A stretch of DNA of 64,000 nucleotides from an uncultured Gammaproteobacteria bacterium (GCA_964447765.1 CAYUTO010000003.1:72919-136918), one strand, 5' to 3'. Shown: positions 29,644 to 40,797, numbered from the stretch's first letter. Notes: generated from the letters alone by a model not told the origin. Numbers and translations are program-made.

Positions 29644-31412
29644 AGTGAAGTTAACTCTGTAATAATAAAATGATCAGTCGTGACTTGAAAAATATCTTCA
29701 TGATCTTGATATCCAACAGCCTCAACACGGATCGTATATTCTCCTGCGGCCAGATTTCCTACATACACCTGCCCAGGAGGAGTGCAGGCGTTGGTGTACA
29801 CAAAAGTAAGATCGGACAATAACGGCGAAACAGCAGAATCGATCGTATCAAAATATACTCGATACCTCATGTATCGCTCACCATCATGAGTATCAGAAAT
29901 ATTTACACTACTTTGTGTAAAATACGTACCACCTGTTCCGTCAGGCCCTACAAATACCCAATTTTGTCCCGTACTTGAAGGACTTGTTGCCATTTGAAAA
30001 CGAACCGTGGTTGAAGGTGACTGAGCCATTGGGTTCCATGACCAGATGATATAGCGGGCATTTTCTCCGGTATCAATTGTTGATGATTCGAGATATCCGT
30101 TTGAAACATATACGCTACCATTTCGTGAAAGCGTTAGATTCCCTGGACTAGTAAGCGCATCAATACCACTTCCTGAACTATACCCTAATCCTGTACCAAA
30201 GCTTTCATTATTAGAGCCTCCCGACCAATCAGTCTGTGAAATACTTCCAACTCCAGTATTTTTTACTACTGAAAATCCGTTTGGTCCGGTAATTGTTACC
30301 GTAGCATTTGCAATAGGCGCTGACTGGTGTTCAGCTAGTATGATTAGCGATCTATTTGTATTTGGTCCCACAATCAATGTTCCCACCTCTGCTGCACCAG
30401 GTAATACAGTCATAGGCACATCGGGAATAGTCCCTAGAAGATCATATCCTGTTACTGATAAGCCATAGCTATCCCATGGTACATTCAAGTTCGATTTCAC
30501 TCCATTCCCATCAGTAGTATAGCTTTGATTTATCAGATATACACTCGGATTTGCTCCAATCATACGACTTCCCTTTATCTGAAAAGGAACATTTGGTACG
30601 ACATTACACTGAGCATTTTTCGTTTCTACACTTACACTGGATAATTCATCAATTGTAAGTGTTAGATTACTCACTGCTTGCTTAAGAATCGTCACATTCG
30701 GACTTGTAGGATTTGGGTTGGTTGAACTTGGTGCGTAGGTTTTATCCGTTGTGTAACCTGTCTTTGTAGCTTGTATAAAATATTTTGCAGTACCGGTGAC
30801 TAAATCATAAATACGCAAAAATCCATTATTATCAGTAGTATCAACAAAGTTGTAAGAAGGATTAGTGCTTGTTGCAATTACGGTCACCGATGCACCAGTA
30901 ACCGGATTTCCATAAGCGTCTATTACTTGAACAAACAATGCACCGTGATTGAGATTACCTTCAAGATATTTAGGTGCAATATAGGTATACATTGAGAAAG
31001 GTTCAGCTTGATCGCATGAAATACATCGTGCCTCAATCTGAACAAATTTATAATCATTTGGTGCAGTATCAGTAGGAGTTCCCCCGATCAAACCATCAAA
31101 CGGATCATCAATATTTCGGATGGTTCGAATGATTTCAAAACGCATCCCATTTCGGATAGTAGTGGTAGTATACTCAAACACGCCCGAAGGACTCCCATTG
31201 ATAATTCCCACGCTCTCAAATGGCGCATTATGCATAATTTCCATCTGCTCATTGAGGACTGCCGTTGCAAGAATACGAACGCGAGAATGATACACCAATG
31301 AAAAACTCAATTGGATACTCCCAAAAATTCCTACGATAAATAGACCAAAAATACCGAGTGCTACTACCGCCTCAATCAATGTAAATCCTCTCGATATAGA
31401 TGTTGATTTCAT
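29640..31412 (-). CDS. Large type IV prepilin with carboxypeptidase-regulatory-like beta domains
   Basis: RG/FTLIEAVVALG prepilin motif; GNPVTGASVTV..TTDNNG and PIANATVTITG repeats. Confidence 0.82.
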   Translation of the reverse strand: MKSTSISRGFTLIEAVVALGIFGLFIVGIFGSIQLSFSLVYHSRVRILATAVLNEQMEIMHNAPFESVGIINGSPSGVFEYTTTTIRNGMRFEIIRTIRNIDDPFDGLIGGTPTDTAPNDYKFVQIEARCISCDQAEPFSMYTYIAPKYLEGNLNHGALFVQVIDAYGNPVTGASVTVIATSTNPSYNFVDTTDNNGFLRIYDLVTGTAKYFIQATKTGYTTDKTYAPSSTNPNPTSPNVTILKQAVSNLTLTIDELSSVSVETKNAQCNVVPNVPFQIKGSRMIGANPSVYLINQSYTTDGNGVKSNLNVPWDSYGLSVTGYDLLGTIPDVPMTVLPGAAEVGTLIVGPNTNRSLIILAEHQSAPIANATVTITGPNGFSVVKNTGVGSISQTDWSGGSNNESFGTGLGYSSGSGIDALTSPGNLTLSRNGSVYVSNGYLESSTIDTGENARYIIWSWNPMAQSPSTTVRFQMATSPSSTGQNWVFVGPDGTGGTYFTQSSVNISDTHDGERYMRYRVYFDTIDSAVSPLLSDLTFVYTNACTPPGQVYVGNLAAGEYTIRVEAVGYQDHEDIFQVTTDHFIITELTSL

Positions 31413-31422
31413 CAAAAAACGA

Positions 31423-31884
31423 TTATAGGACACTTGACTCACTTATTATTCTTTCGACAATGCGTACAACCTCTTCCTTTGTTTTTACCGGATGAGAAGG
31501 ATTTTTTTCCTCTTTCATAAGCGCTTCCACCAGATCATCCTTCATTTCTAATAATTCTTGCTTATGTTCAGTAATTTTTTGTTTTAAAGCGGTTATTACT
31601 TTTCTATCTTGTACCACGGACGTTGGATCCTCTTGTGTACTTAGTTGTAATTGTGTTTTCAACGCGGCAATCGCTGCGACTACGTGCTGAATATGTACTA
31701 CCAAATTTTGCACCTGCTTAGTGGTATTTTTTACTTCTTTTATTAAATATTCAGCTCGTTCACGTGTAGCTGCTGCCTTTAATTCTTCACTCACTTCTCC
31801 TTCTTTTTCTTCTCTACGTTCTTTATTTTTTTCTCTTTCGAGATGATGATTTTTTTCTACAGTCTCCATATTTTTTATTTTCAC
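31423..31884 (-). CDS. Hypothetical coiled-coil protein
   Basis: E/K-rich helical ORF heading the minor-pilin cluster. Confidence 0.6.
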   Translation of the reverse strand: MKIKNMETVEKNHHLEREKNKERREEKEGEVSEELKAAATRERAEYLIKEVKNTTKQVQNLVVHIQHVVAAIAALKTQLQLSTQEDPTSVVQDRKVITALKQKITEHKQELLEMKDDLVEALMKEEKNPSHPVKTKEEVVRIVERIISESSVL

Positions 31885-31917
31885 TATAGATTTTTGATAA
31901 GTATATCACATCAGATA

Positions 31918-31990
31918 ATTGAAGACTAAAAATCGAAGATTAAATGCAGATATTCCAATCTTTAATCTTCGATTTTTATTTTTTATTCTT
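31918..31990. repeat. Heptamer-periodic inverted repeat (AAAGATT type)
   Basis: gaagactaaaaatcgaagattaaa ... aatctttaatcttcgatttttatt. Confidence 0.78.
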
Positions 31991-32046
31991 TCAAAAAAAA
32001 CAAAAACACCCCGTTTGTCGGGATGTTTTTTAGCGAATCGTACAAT

Positions 32047-32280
32047 TTATTTCGGCACAAAGGCGAGAAGTCCTGCGATACGAGCTTGTTTGATTGCTCG
32101 TGCAATCTGACGCTGATGTTTTGCGCAGAGTCCGCTTCTTCGGCGAGGTTGAATCTTCATATATGAAGAGGTAAACCTGCGAAGTGATTCATTGTCTTTG
32201 TAATCAATGTGTTTTTTCTTGTCGATACAGAAGAAGCATTGCTTTTGCTTTTTCAGTTTTTGATTTTTCACTGGATTCAT
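32047..32280 (-). CDS. rpsR: 30S ribosomal protein S18
   Basis: CFFC...IDYKD...CAKHQRQIARAIKQAR..GLL. Confidence 0.96.
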   Translation of the reverse strand: MNPVKNQKLKKQKQCFFCIDKKKHIDYKDNESLRRFTSSYMKIQPRRRSGLCAKHQRQIARAIKQARIAGLLAFVPK

Positions 32281-32297
32281 ACATTACTTCATTTTGA

Positions 32298-32744
32298 TTA
32301 AAACGGGATATCTTCTACTTTTATTTCATCATCAGGAGCGGTTGTTGGAGCACTTGGTCTCTCATCTTCTTCTTTTCCTCCGCCGAATGACTCTCCTTGG
32401 CTACCTGCACCACCTCGTGGCGCATCAAGCATAATTAGATTTTCTGCAATAAGCTCGGTTCGATAGCGTTTCACACCATCTTGACCGGTCCACTCTCTCG
32501 TTTCCAGACGTCCTTCGATATACACACGACGTCCTTTTCCGAGATATTGACCCGAGATGTCCGCAAGCTTTCCCCATAACACCACATTGTGGTATTCAGG
32601 GCGCTCTTGGCGCGTACCTGAGGCATCTTTCCACACTCTGCTTGTTGCTACACCGATATTTGCGACACTTTGACCAGAAGGGGTACTTCTGACTTCAGGA
32701 TCCCGGGTAAGACGCCCGAGGATCATAGCTCGATTCAGGTCCAT
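32298..32744 (-). CDS. ssb: Single-stranded DNA-binding protein
   Basis: GRLTRDPE, VYIEGRL, C-terminal EDIPF. Confidence 0.97.
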   Translation of the reverse strand: MDLNRAMILGRLTRDPEVRSTPSGQSVANIGVATSRVWKDASGTRQERPEYHNVVLWGKLADISGQYLGKGRRVYIEGRLETREWTGQDGVKRYRTELIAENLIMLDAPRGGAGSQGESFGGGKEEDERPSAPTTAPDDEIKVEDIPF

Positions 32745-32811
32745 AGAGAAATGAGTTATAAATAAGTGCCGAACCCTCCTTGGTTTAGGGAACGACTAGG
32801 ACTTATACTCA

Positions 32812-33330
32812 TTATACCTTATCAATATCTTTCTGCAATATCTCATCAAGCTTTTCACCAATATTTTCCAAATTAAGGCTTGATTCAGCAGGAACACTCT
32901 CCTTTTTCTCTTCAGGTACCACTTCAGATCGTTCCTTATACTCTCTTCGTACCTCAGGCCGGCCTCCTCGGGTAGGCAAATCAGCTTTTGGAGGAGCGCT
33001 CAAGGCTGTAGGATCTAGAGCCAAGGTAATCGTACTTTTTTGTTTGGAATCATGCACCTGAACTCCCACTCGGAGGATACCCCCAATAAGTCTGATACTC
33101 TGCTCGAGAGCCAGAACCTTCTCAGGGAGAATCTCTATAGTAAAAAACTCAAAATATCCATATCGGATATGCTTCATTGGGTATGCAAGTCTACTTTTGC
33201 CCAAATCGACTCTTTTGATTTCTTCAGCCCCATGTGCTTTGAGCTGACTTTCGATCTGTGCAGCAATCGGAGCTACCTCGTCTTCAGCGAGCGTGCCCGG
33301 GAGTACGCACAATATCTCATACTTTTTCAT
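32812..33330 (-). CDS. rpsF: 30S ribosomal protein S6 with C-terminal extension
   Basis: KYE...LGKSRLAYPM..GYF; rpsF-ssb-rpsR order. Confidence 0.93.
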   Translation of the reverse strand: MKKYEILCVLPGTLAEDEVAPIAAQIESQLKAHGAEEIKRVDLGKSRLAYPMKHIRYGYFEFFTIEILPEKVLALEQSIRLIGGILRVGVQVHDSKQKSTITLALDPTALSAPPKADLPTRGGRPEVRREYKERSEVVPEEKKESVPAESSLNLENIGEKLDEILQKDIDKV

Positions 33331-33464
33331 AACTTTGACCTTTCAAAAATACACGTTAAATTAAATATTTTTAGATACTAAAACGACACCAATTTTATTT
33401 TTACGACCGCGGAGACTATATCAATGTATAAGGTATTTGTCAATAGAGTAGTTAGCACGGAAAT

Positions 33465-33537
33465 ATTGAAGATTAAAGATTAAAAATGGGATATCTTTAT
33501 ATTAATCCTCATTCTTCAGTCTTTAATTTTTAATCTC
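33465..33537. repeat. Heptamer-periodic inverted repeat (AAAGATT type)
   Basis: gaagattaaagattaaaaat ... attcttcagtctttaatttttaatc. Confidence 0.78.
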
Positions 33538-33603
33538 ATAGTACGTGATACAAAAAATGTGCTATACTATGCACTGATTAGTCGAGCATCAACTCACTTT
33601 CTT

Positions 33604-35319
33604 ATGTTACCTTTGGAAGAGTTCAAAAAACTTCTTGCTAAAAAATTTAAATTAACCGCGGCACAAATTGCTACCCATCTTGAAGATGCACAAAACCGAG
33701 GTCGCGATTTGGAAACGTACCTGATTGAAAAGAACGTGGTAAAAGAAGATGCTTTGTACGAAGCGGTCGCAGAAGAATATGGATTGTCTCGAGTTTCCTT
33801 AAAAGGACGCGATATTCCTTCTGAAACATTACATGAATTACCTGAAGCTTTTGCTGAAGCGCACCGTATTGTAGCATTTGAAAGTACACCAACGTCCCTC
33901 AAAATTGCCCTTACTGATCCGACCGATGTACAAACTATCGAATTTATACGCAGAAAAAGTAGAAAAGACCTTGAAGTCTTTATTACCACTCCTCGCGAAA
34001 CCAAAGAAGCTTTGCGTAGGTACCGCTCAAACCTCAAACAAGAACTGAGCCAACCGCTTGCACACTCAGATCCTACAGACCTCAAAAAAGCTGCTGAGGA
34101 ACTTCCGATTATTAATATTGTTAATTCGATTCTCGAACATTCGGTATTCGAGAACTCTAGTGATATTCATATCGAACCGACTGAACTCGATGTGGTTGTT
34201 CGATTTCGTATTGATGGAATCCTACGCGAAATGATGCACTTACCGAAAGCGGTGCAGAGCGGTATTGTTGCCCGAATTAAAATTCTTTCAAACTTAAAAA
34301 TTGATGAACACATGATTCCGCAGGATGGACGATTTAAAATCTCTGTTCAAGGAGAAACATTATCGTTTCGTGTCTCAATCATTCCAGTGTATGACGGAGA
34401 AAAGATTGTCATGCGTCTTCTCCATGAAGGACAAAAACCGTTAACACTCGATGAACTTGGATTTTTACCTGGAATCAAAGAGCTTGTTGATGAGGCGATT
34501 GAAAAACCGCACGGCATGGTATTAGTTACAGGTCCTACCGGATCAGGAAAAACGACGACGCTTTATTCCATATTGGGAATGCTCAATCAGCCCGATGTAA
34601 ATATCTGCACGATTGAAGATCCGATCGAATACCACGTAACGGGTATTAATCAAAGTCAGATTAATCCTAAAGCTGGATTTACCTTTGCATCAGGACTTCG
34701 TTCGTTCCTTCGTCAAGATCCTGACATTATCATGGTGGGAGAAATTCGTGACAAGGAAACTGCGGAAATCGCCATTCATGCTGCGATGACCGGACACTTA
34801 GTATTATCAACCCTACACACCAATGATGCGCCTACTACCATCCCCCGTTTACTCGACATGGATATTCCGCCATTCTTGGTTGCATTCACTGCAAATATCA
34901 TTATTGCACAACGATTGGTTAGAAAAATCTGCCCCAATTGCAAAGAGTCGTTTAAACTAACCGCGAAAGAATTAAAACAACTACACTCTCTCATTGATAA
35001 ATCAAAAATGACTACTCTTTTCAAAGAACATGGAGTAACACTCACTGCAAAAGAAAAAAATCTCGAATCACTCACCTTTTATCGTGGTAAAGGATGTAAA
35101 AAATGCGAAGGCTCTGGATACAAAGGTCGTATCGGAATTTATGAAGTAATGGTAATTGACGAAGAACTTCAAAAAATTATCAATACCAAAGCTAATGCAA
35201 ATGATATTAAAGCGCACGCTATAAAAAATGGCATGCTTACTCTATTTCAAGATGGACTCATAAAGTCAAAACAAGGTATGACGACTATCGAAGAAGTACT
35301 CCGCGCAAGCAAAGACTAA
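33604..35319 (+). CDS. pilB: Type IV pilus assembly ATPase (PilB/GspE)
   Basis: SDIHIEP, PQDGR, Walker A GPTGSGKTT, LRQDPDIIMVGEIRD, tetracysteine motif. Confidence 0.95.
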   Translation: MLPLEEFKKLLAKKFKLTAAQIATHLEDAQNRGRDLETYLIEKNVVKEDALYEAVAEEYGLSRVSLKGRDIPSETLHELPEAFAEAHRIVAFESTPTSLKIALTDPTDVQTIEFIRRKSRKDLEVFITTPRETKEALRRYRSNLKQELSQPLAHSDPTDLKKAAEELPIINIVNSILEHSVFENSSDIHIEPTELDVVVRFRIDGILREMMHLPKAVQSGIVARIKILSNLKIDEHMIPQDGRFKISVQGETLSFRVSIIPVYDGEKIVMRLLHEGQKPLTLDELGFLPGIKELVDEAIEKPHGMVLVTGPTGSGKTTTLYSILGMLNQPDVNICTIEDPIEYHVTGINQSQINPKAGFTFASGLRSFLRQDPDIIMVGEIRDKETAEIAIHAAMTGHLVLSTLHTNDAPTTIPRLLDMDIPPFLVAFTANIIIAQRLVRKICPNCKESFKLTAKELKQLHSLIDKSKMTTLFKEHGVTLTAKEKNLESLTFYRGKGCKKCEGSGYKGRIGIYEVMVIDEELQKIINTKANANDIKAHAIKNGMLTLFQDGLIKSKQGMTTIEEVLRASKD

Positions 35320-35323
35320 TTAT

Positions 35324-36448
35324 ATGACAAGTTCTGCACTACGAAATGCATCACAATTAAAGGAAGCGCGTCCATCACGCCAATTTTTTAGTTCTCGACA
35401 TGTGAAAATTCCCATGGTTGATCGTATTTTTTTTCTCGATCATTTAAAAACCATGATTCATGCAGGACTCTCACTCATCGAAGCATTGCATGTGCTCGCA
35501 AAAGAAGCGCAGAATAAAAAATTTGCTCGTATTGTAAAGGAAATTACCGATCATGTAGAAAAAGGAAACCAACTAAGTGATAGTCTCATGCTCTATCCAA
35601 AAATTTTTCCTGATTTGCAAACAAAAATGATTGCGTCTGGTGAAATTGCAGGAAAACTTGAAGATGCACTCGATCAAGTGGTTGTGCAAATGAAAAAAAA
35701 TCATGCACTTGTTGCGAGTGTTAAAGGAGCGCTCATTTATCCTTCCGTAATTGTAGGTGCGATTCTCATTATTGGGATCCTCATGGTCACTATGGTCCTC
35801 CCTAAGCTTACCGCCATGTTTGATGAATTCGAGGCTGAACTCCCACTCTCAACCAAAGTGTTGATTGGTATTACAGACTTTTTGTCACAGCCACTCAATT
35901 TGATACTTGTCCTTGGTGTTACAGCTCTCTTTGTTACCCTCTTTATTGTCATGATAAAAAAGAATGTAGCCTTTAGGTATTTTATGCACGGGGTTATCCT
36001 CCACTTACCTATTTTTGGAGCGATTGTAAAAAAAGTTAATCTCGCACGATTTTCTATAACCTTATCATCCCTTCTCAAAAGTACTATTCCGATTGTCGAC
36101 GCCGTACGTATTGCTGGAGAAACATGCAAAAATGTCCGATACCGAGGAGCACTTCTCAATGCCACTGAAAACCTTTCCAAAGGTGAACAATTATCAGATA
36201 CTCTTGCTACCAGTCCAAAACTGTTTCCACCTATGGTAACTGAAATGGTGATGGTAGGAGAAAAAACGGGTGAAATAGATCATTTACTGCAAGAACTTGC
36301 ATCATTCTATTCAGACGAAGTTGATAAAACCATGAAAAATTTTTCAACCATTATTGAACCGGTGATTATTATTTTACTCGGCGTAGGTGTTGCAGGTATC
36401 GCTGTTTCCATCATCATGCCGATGTATTCACTCACCCAAGCTTTCTAA
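35324..36448 (+). CDS. pilC: Type IV pilus platform protein (PilC/GspF)
   Basis: Two T2SSF domains; GE.AG.L, ALIYP, VGEKTG, IIEP. Confidence 0.93.
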   Translation: MTSSALRNASQLKEARPSRQFFSSRHVKIPMVDRIFFLDHLKTMIHAGLSLIEALHVLAKEAQNKKFARIVKEITDHVEKGNQLSDSLMLYPKIFPDLQTKMIASGEIAGKLEDALDQVVVQMKKNHALVASVKGALIYPSVIVGAILIIGILMVTMVLPKLTAMFDEFEAELPLSTKVLIGITDFLSQPLNLILVLGVTALFVTLFIVMIKKNVAFRYFMHGVILHLPIFGAIVKKVNLARFSITLSSLLKSTIPIVDAVRIAGETCKNVRYRGALLNATENLSKGEQLSDTLATSPKLFPPMVTEMVMVGEKTGEIDHLLQELASFYSDEVDKTMKNFSTIIEPVIIILLGVGVAGIAVSIIMPMYSLTQAF

Positions 36449-36457
36449 ACTATTCAC

Positions 36458-37564
36458 ATGCTTACCCATCCTTTTCCACATGCATTTGGAATCGATATCG
36501 GAGACCGATCAGTAAAACTGGTCCAACTTAGAAATCGTGAAAAAATTAGAAGCACGACTTTCCAGCCAGTTGCAATGCGTACCTGTCCTCTCGAGCCAGG
36601 ACTCGTAGTCAATGGAATTATTGAACAACCAGAAATGGTTCGAAAAAAAATAGAAAAACTGCTCAAAGGTTCTGGCCGAGGTGAGCACCCAATCAAGAGC
36701 CCATGGGTCGTAGCGTCAGTCCCTGAAAATCATAGTTTTCTGAAACTTATCTCAATACCGGACAGCGACATAGCTATTGCAGAGGCGCCCGATGTACTTA
36801 ATTTGATTTCAACATACTTACCTGTAGACGATCTTTCCACTTACTCAGTAGATTGGCACGTGGTGCAACCTGAGGGCAATGATACTGAAGTGCGAATTTT
36901 GGTAGGTGCAATTCCTAAACGTATTGGTGACAGCTACACCTATTTACTCGAAAGTCTCGGCCTCGGAGTAATGGCGCTTGAAATTGAAGAAGTTGCAATT
37001 GCCCGTTCAATGGTGACCGCGCACAAAGAGTACAAAGAAGAAGCTCGTGCGATTATCGACATTGGTTCAACCCGCACCCAGGTCATCATATATGACCGTG
37101 ATGTTATTCAATTCAGCACAGTGCTTCCTTTTTCAGGAGAAATGTTGACCCATGCCATCATGGATTCACAAAAAGTAGATGAAGCTACTGCAGAAAAAAT
37201 AAAAATTGATACTGGATTAGAAATTCCACAGGGCAAAAAAAATACTCCCGCACTTCTCAAATTAGTACATGCATTTTCCAAATCTCTCGAACACACATTC
37301 TCATCATACTATGGTCACAACACTCGTGCTAATAGAATTACCCGTATTGTCTTGTGCGGAGGATCGTGTAATTTAGTTCATCTCGACACCGTCCTCAACG
37401 AAGCTTTAGGTGTTGAGTGTGTACGGGGAAATGTATGGAAAAATCTTGGTATTGATCCCAAGCATGCGCCCATGGATAATACGTTAGCTCTGTCATACGC
37501 AACAGCCATTGGACTCGCCCTTCGAGCAGCTGATAATCCATTTAGCAAACGCGACACTATCTAA
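36458..37564 (+). CDS. pilM: Type IV pilus alignment protein PilM
   Basis: FGIDIGDRSVKLVQL, IDIGS, LCGGS, ATAIGLALR. Confidence 0.9.
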   Translation: MLTHPFPHAFGIDIGDRSVKLVQLRNREKIRSTTFQPVAMRTCPLEPGLVVNGIIEQPEMVRKKIEKLLKGSGRGEHPIKSPWVVASVPENHSFLKLISIPDSDIAIAEAPDVLNLISTYLPVDDLSTYSVDWHVVQPEGNDTEVRILVGAIPKRIGDSYTYLLESLGLGVMALEIEEVAIARSMVTAHKEYKEEARAIIDIGSTRTQVIIYDRDVIQFSTVLPFSGEMLTHAIMDSQKVDEATAEKIKIDTGLEIPQGKKNTPALLKLVHAFSKSLEHTFSSYYGHNTRANRITRIVLCGGSCNLVHLDTVLNEALGVECVRGNVWKNLGIDPKHAPMDNTLALSYATAIGLALRAADNPFSKRDTI

Positions 37565-37569
37565 TCAGT

Positions 37570-38100
37570 ATGATGTTTCCAGTTCGAATCAATGTATTAT
37601 CAGATTCAAAAAAAGCCCACCTCAAACGCTTGGCACTTTTTACTTATCTCAAAAGTTCTTTTGCACTCGTATTCTCACTGATTGCAGTACTTGCCGCCGT
37701 ACTTCTAGTTACTGAAAGTTTTTTTATTGATTACCGCGCAGCTCTCACCTACGGAGTACTCTCAGGAAGACGATCATACCTCATTGACACTCAACGAATT
37801 GGAGCGACCAATAGCCAACTCAAGAAAATCGAACAAACACAATCCACGTTTACACTCTGGTCACCTCGGGTACACACTATTCTTGCTGCCCTTCCACCAG
37901 GAATTGAGGTGAGTTCTATTATTTTAGACGGAGAAACAAACACCTTTTCCCTTGCAGGAGTTGCTGCTTCACGCGAAGTGCTCGGTCTGTGCGAAACAGC
38001 TATGAAAACACTTCCCATACTTGAATCAGTACAGATACCATTGGGAGAACTTACTCGTAAAGAAGATATTCCGTTTACTATCACTGCAACGCTCAAATAA
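37570..38100 (+). CDS. pilN: PilN-like protein
   Basis: N-terminal INVL (INLL-like) motif, TM helix, LPPGIEV; follows pilM. Confidence 0.7.
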   Translation: MMFPVRINVLSDSKKAHLKRLALFTYLKSSFALVFSLIAVLAAVLLVTESFFIDYRAALTYGVLSGRRSYLIDTQRIGATNSQLKKIEQTQSTFTLWSPRVHTILAALPPGIEVSSIILDGETNTFSLAGVAASREVLGLCETAMKTLPILESVQIPLGELTRKEDIPFTITATLK

Positions 38101-38101
38101 T

Positions 38102-38662
38102 ATGAGATTCACAATTACTCACAAACTTATTTTTACTACTACGTTCTTCTTCTCTGCAGGAATTGGCGTGATATTCGGTTTTATTTTCCCTTCACTGAAC
38201 TCGATCACCCAAACTACTGATGCCATGGTTGCACAAGTGAGCGCTGACAATGAAGAACTGGAACGCGTACGGCTGCTTCGCAGATCACTTATCGAAATAG
38301 ACACTGTTGAGGAGGACTTATCACGTACTACTGCAATTTCAATTACCCGGTCAGAAGAAGAAAAATTAATTGAATTAATCGAGTTTATTGCGGAGCGAAA
38401 TGGTGTAGACCAAGAACTATCAGTTTCTTACCAACCTTACGAAGACGCGACACAGTTTATCGGATATTACCTTTTTTCATTCTCTACCAAAGGACCCTTA
38501 GAACGTATCGAAAGCTATCTAGTCGATCTTGAATCAATTCCGTATTATCTGAGCATTAAAGGTCTGACTATTGAAAAAAATTCAAAATTAGGAGAGAATC
38601 ATGTTGTCATGACTTTTAGAGCGACGCTTAATACTACGAGTGAACCATCTTATGTTAACTAA
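38102..38662 (+). CDS. pilO: PilO-like protein
   Basis: TM helix, coiled coil, ferredoxin-like C-terminus (G....YL..LE.IP); follows pilN. Confidence 0.62.
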   Translation: MRFTITHKLIFTTTFFFSAGIGVIFGFIFPSLNSITQTTDAMVAQVSADNEELERVRLLRRSLIEIDTVEEDLSRTTAISITRSEEEKLIELIEFIAERNGVDQELSVSYQPYEDATQFIGYYLFSFSTKGPLERIESYLVDLESIPYYLSIKGLTIEKNSKLGENHVVMTFRATLNTTSEPSYVN

Positions 38663-39047
38663 TACTCCCAAACGCATAGACAATCCGATCCCCCCTGAAT
38701 TCGCAAACGTTTCAGTACTTCGACTGATTACGATTGGAGTTGCGCTCATTTGTCTCACTGTCACGAGCTATGCCACCTGGACGGTATACCTTATGTCCAA
38801 TCGAATATCTACCTACGAGACTGATTTTCAAGCACAAATTGTATCAAAAAGTGTAGGTCCAGTGAATTTCGCACTTCTCGAACAAGTCTTGTTGATTGAC
38901 AGTGAAAAACAACAAATGGAATTTATTCCTCCTATTCGGGATCCTTTTTACGACCAGACAATCACTTCAACGATCAGTGGCGCCTCAGTTGGCTCAACTA
39001 CAACACCTATTATTCCCGAGGCTACGTCCTCTACTACTGGCTTATGA
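38652..39047 (+). CDS. Membrane-anchored protein in PilP position
   Basis: Single TM helix and RDPF motif typical of PilP-position proteins. Confidence 0.5.
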   Translation: MLTNTPKRIDNPIPPEFANVSVLRLITIGVALICLTVTSYATWTVYLMSNRISTYETDFQAQIVSKSVGPVNFALLEQVLLIDSEKQQMEFIPPIRDPFYDQTITSTISGASVGSTTTPIIPEATSSTTGL

Positions 39048-40168
39048 AATACGCGTTTGAACTAGGACACCAGCCGCACGTATCTGTTGCTGAAATTATC
39101 TCTGTCTGCAAGCGGTTATCGATTTCTTACGAAGAAATCAAAACTGCTGACTCTTTTTTTATTATCGAAGTCGAAGAGACACTTGATGCACAAGCGCTCA
39201 TACATATTCTTGGTGGCACGATTCGAATCGCACATGCTTTGGAAAAAAAGACTGATGATGTGCACACGATTGCAGAACATCTGGAACAAGTAACTGATGG
39301 AAAAATTCAATTTTCTATTTCTGGAATAAACCAAAAATCATTAGCACTTGAAGTAAAAAAATATTTGAAAAGTATTGGGCGCTCGGTAAGGTATATCGAA
39401 TCAAAGAATGCTGCGACCGTGATCCACAATAATTTAATTGAAAAAAAGGGAGATATTATCAAAGTAGGTACCGAATGGTATGTGACTGATGCAATTCAAG
39501 ACATCGAATCTTTTACTCGCCGTGATTACGAGCGTCCACGCACCGACAGTAGAAGCGGTATGATTCCACCCAAGCTTGCACGCATGATGGTAAATCTTAC
39601 CGAAGCTCCACTCAATTCTCACATTCTCGACCCATTTTGCGGATCAGGTACCGTACTTATTGAAGCACTCTCACTTGGATATTCTCACGTATCTGGATCA
39701 GACAATTCAGAAAAAGCCGTTGAAGATTCTATTGAAAATACCCGATGGTTTTTGAAAGATCACACACAAAAAAAAGTCGAGACTGTGGTACACCTCATAC
39801 CTGCGGAAAAATTGGAAAAAGTATTTAAGAAAAGTAGCGTTGACGCAATCGTGTCCGAACCATATATGGGAAAACCCTTGCACGGACATGAAAGCAAATT
39901 TGCACTTGAAACTCAGGCAGTGGAGTTGAAAATGTTATACCTCAGTAGTTTTGAATCTTTTAAACAAATCCTTTCACCTGACGGTGTTATTATCTTTATC
40001 ATTCCAGTATTCAAATCAGGTAAAGAGTGGGTGAAAACTAATACCCATATTGAAATAGAAAAACTTGGATTCAAAGTTGTTCCTTTTTCGGAAAAAAATA
40101 CTTCTCTCCTCTATTCTCGGGACAACCAATTTGTTGGTCGCGAAATTTGGAAATTCAAAAAAACTTGA
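39044..40168 (+). CDS. Trm11/UPF0020-like SAM-dependent RNA methyltransferase
   Basis: PPKLARMMVNL, LDPFCGSGT, SEPYMG. Confidence 0.85.
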   Translation: MKYAFELGHQPHVSVAEIISVCKRLSISYEEIKTADSFFIIEVEETLDAQALIHILGGTIRIAHALEKKTDDVHTIAEHLEQVTDGKIQFSISGINQKSLALEVKKYLKSIGRSVRYIESKNAATVIHNNLIEKKGDIIKVGTEWYVTDAIQDIESFTRRDYERPRTDSRSGMIPPKLARMMVNLTEAPLNSHILDPFCGSGTVLIEALSLGYSHVSGSDNSEKAVEDSIENTRWFLKDHTQKKVETVVHLIPAEKLEKVFKKSSVDAIVSEPYMGKPLHGHESKFALETQAVELKMLYLSSFESFKQILSPDGVIIFIIPVFKSGKEWVKTNTHIEIEKLGFKVVPFSEKNTSLLYSRDNQFVGREIWKFKKT

Positions 40169-40233
40169 CAGTAGGTGCTGTTTTTGAGAATACTAGATAC
40201 CAGTGTTCGCTCTTTTGACAACGGAGAATTGCG

Positions 40234-40578
40234 ATGGCAGAAAAATCCAAGATAAAACGGCTTCGCATCGAAGCACTCATATGGGCACTGACGATCACAT
40301 TCGTGGTCGGCGGACTCATCATGATCACTGGCCACGAGAGAAATGCGATAGCACACGAACTCGGTAGACGGCCTGCAATCGGATATCCCGTTTATCGGGG
40401 TGAATACACCATCATGATCATGAACATGCACCTCGGCGAGGTCTATTGGTTCACCGACTGCCCTCGACTGAAGGATTTTACTCGGTATGAGGAAGTTGCG
40501 ATCTACGGCGATCACCGGAATCGCTGCCACGACTGGCGCACTCTCACCCCCTCGGAATATGACATCTCCAAGAAGTAA
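40234..40578 (+). CDS. Orphan membrane-anchored protein (stand-alone cassette)
   Basis: TTGACA at 40165, GGAG RBS, one TM helix, long terminator 40639-40710. Confidence 0.7.
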   Translation: MAEKSKIKRLRIEALIWALTITFVVGGLIMITGHERNAIAHELGRRPAIGYPVYRGEYTIMIMNMHLGEVYWFTDCPRLKDFTRYEEVAIYGDHRNRCHDWRTLTPSEYDISKK

Positions 40579-40797
40579 CTCTTATTCCCTTGGCATGTCG
40601 CGGTCGACTACACCAACCCACAAGTGAACACTACCATTCACCGCCTCATGCCTTTATTGGTCCGAAAAACTTCGGGACAGTAAAGGAGATCGAGGCGGTG
40701 TTTTGTTTTCCCACAAAATTATTGACAACCTCACCAAAACCTTTATACTATGCACTTGTCGAGCTACGTGCCGACCGTCACCAGGAGAAACATACAC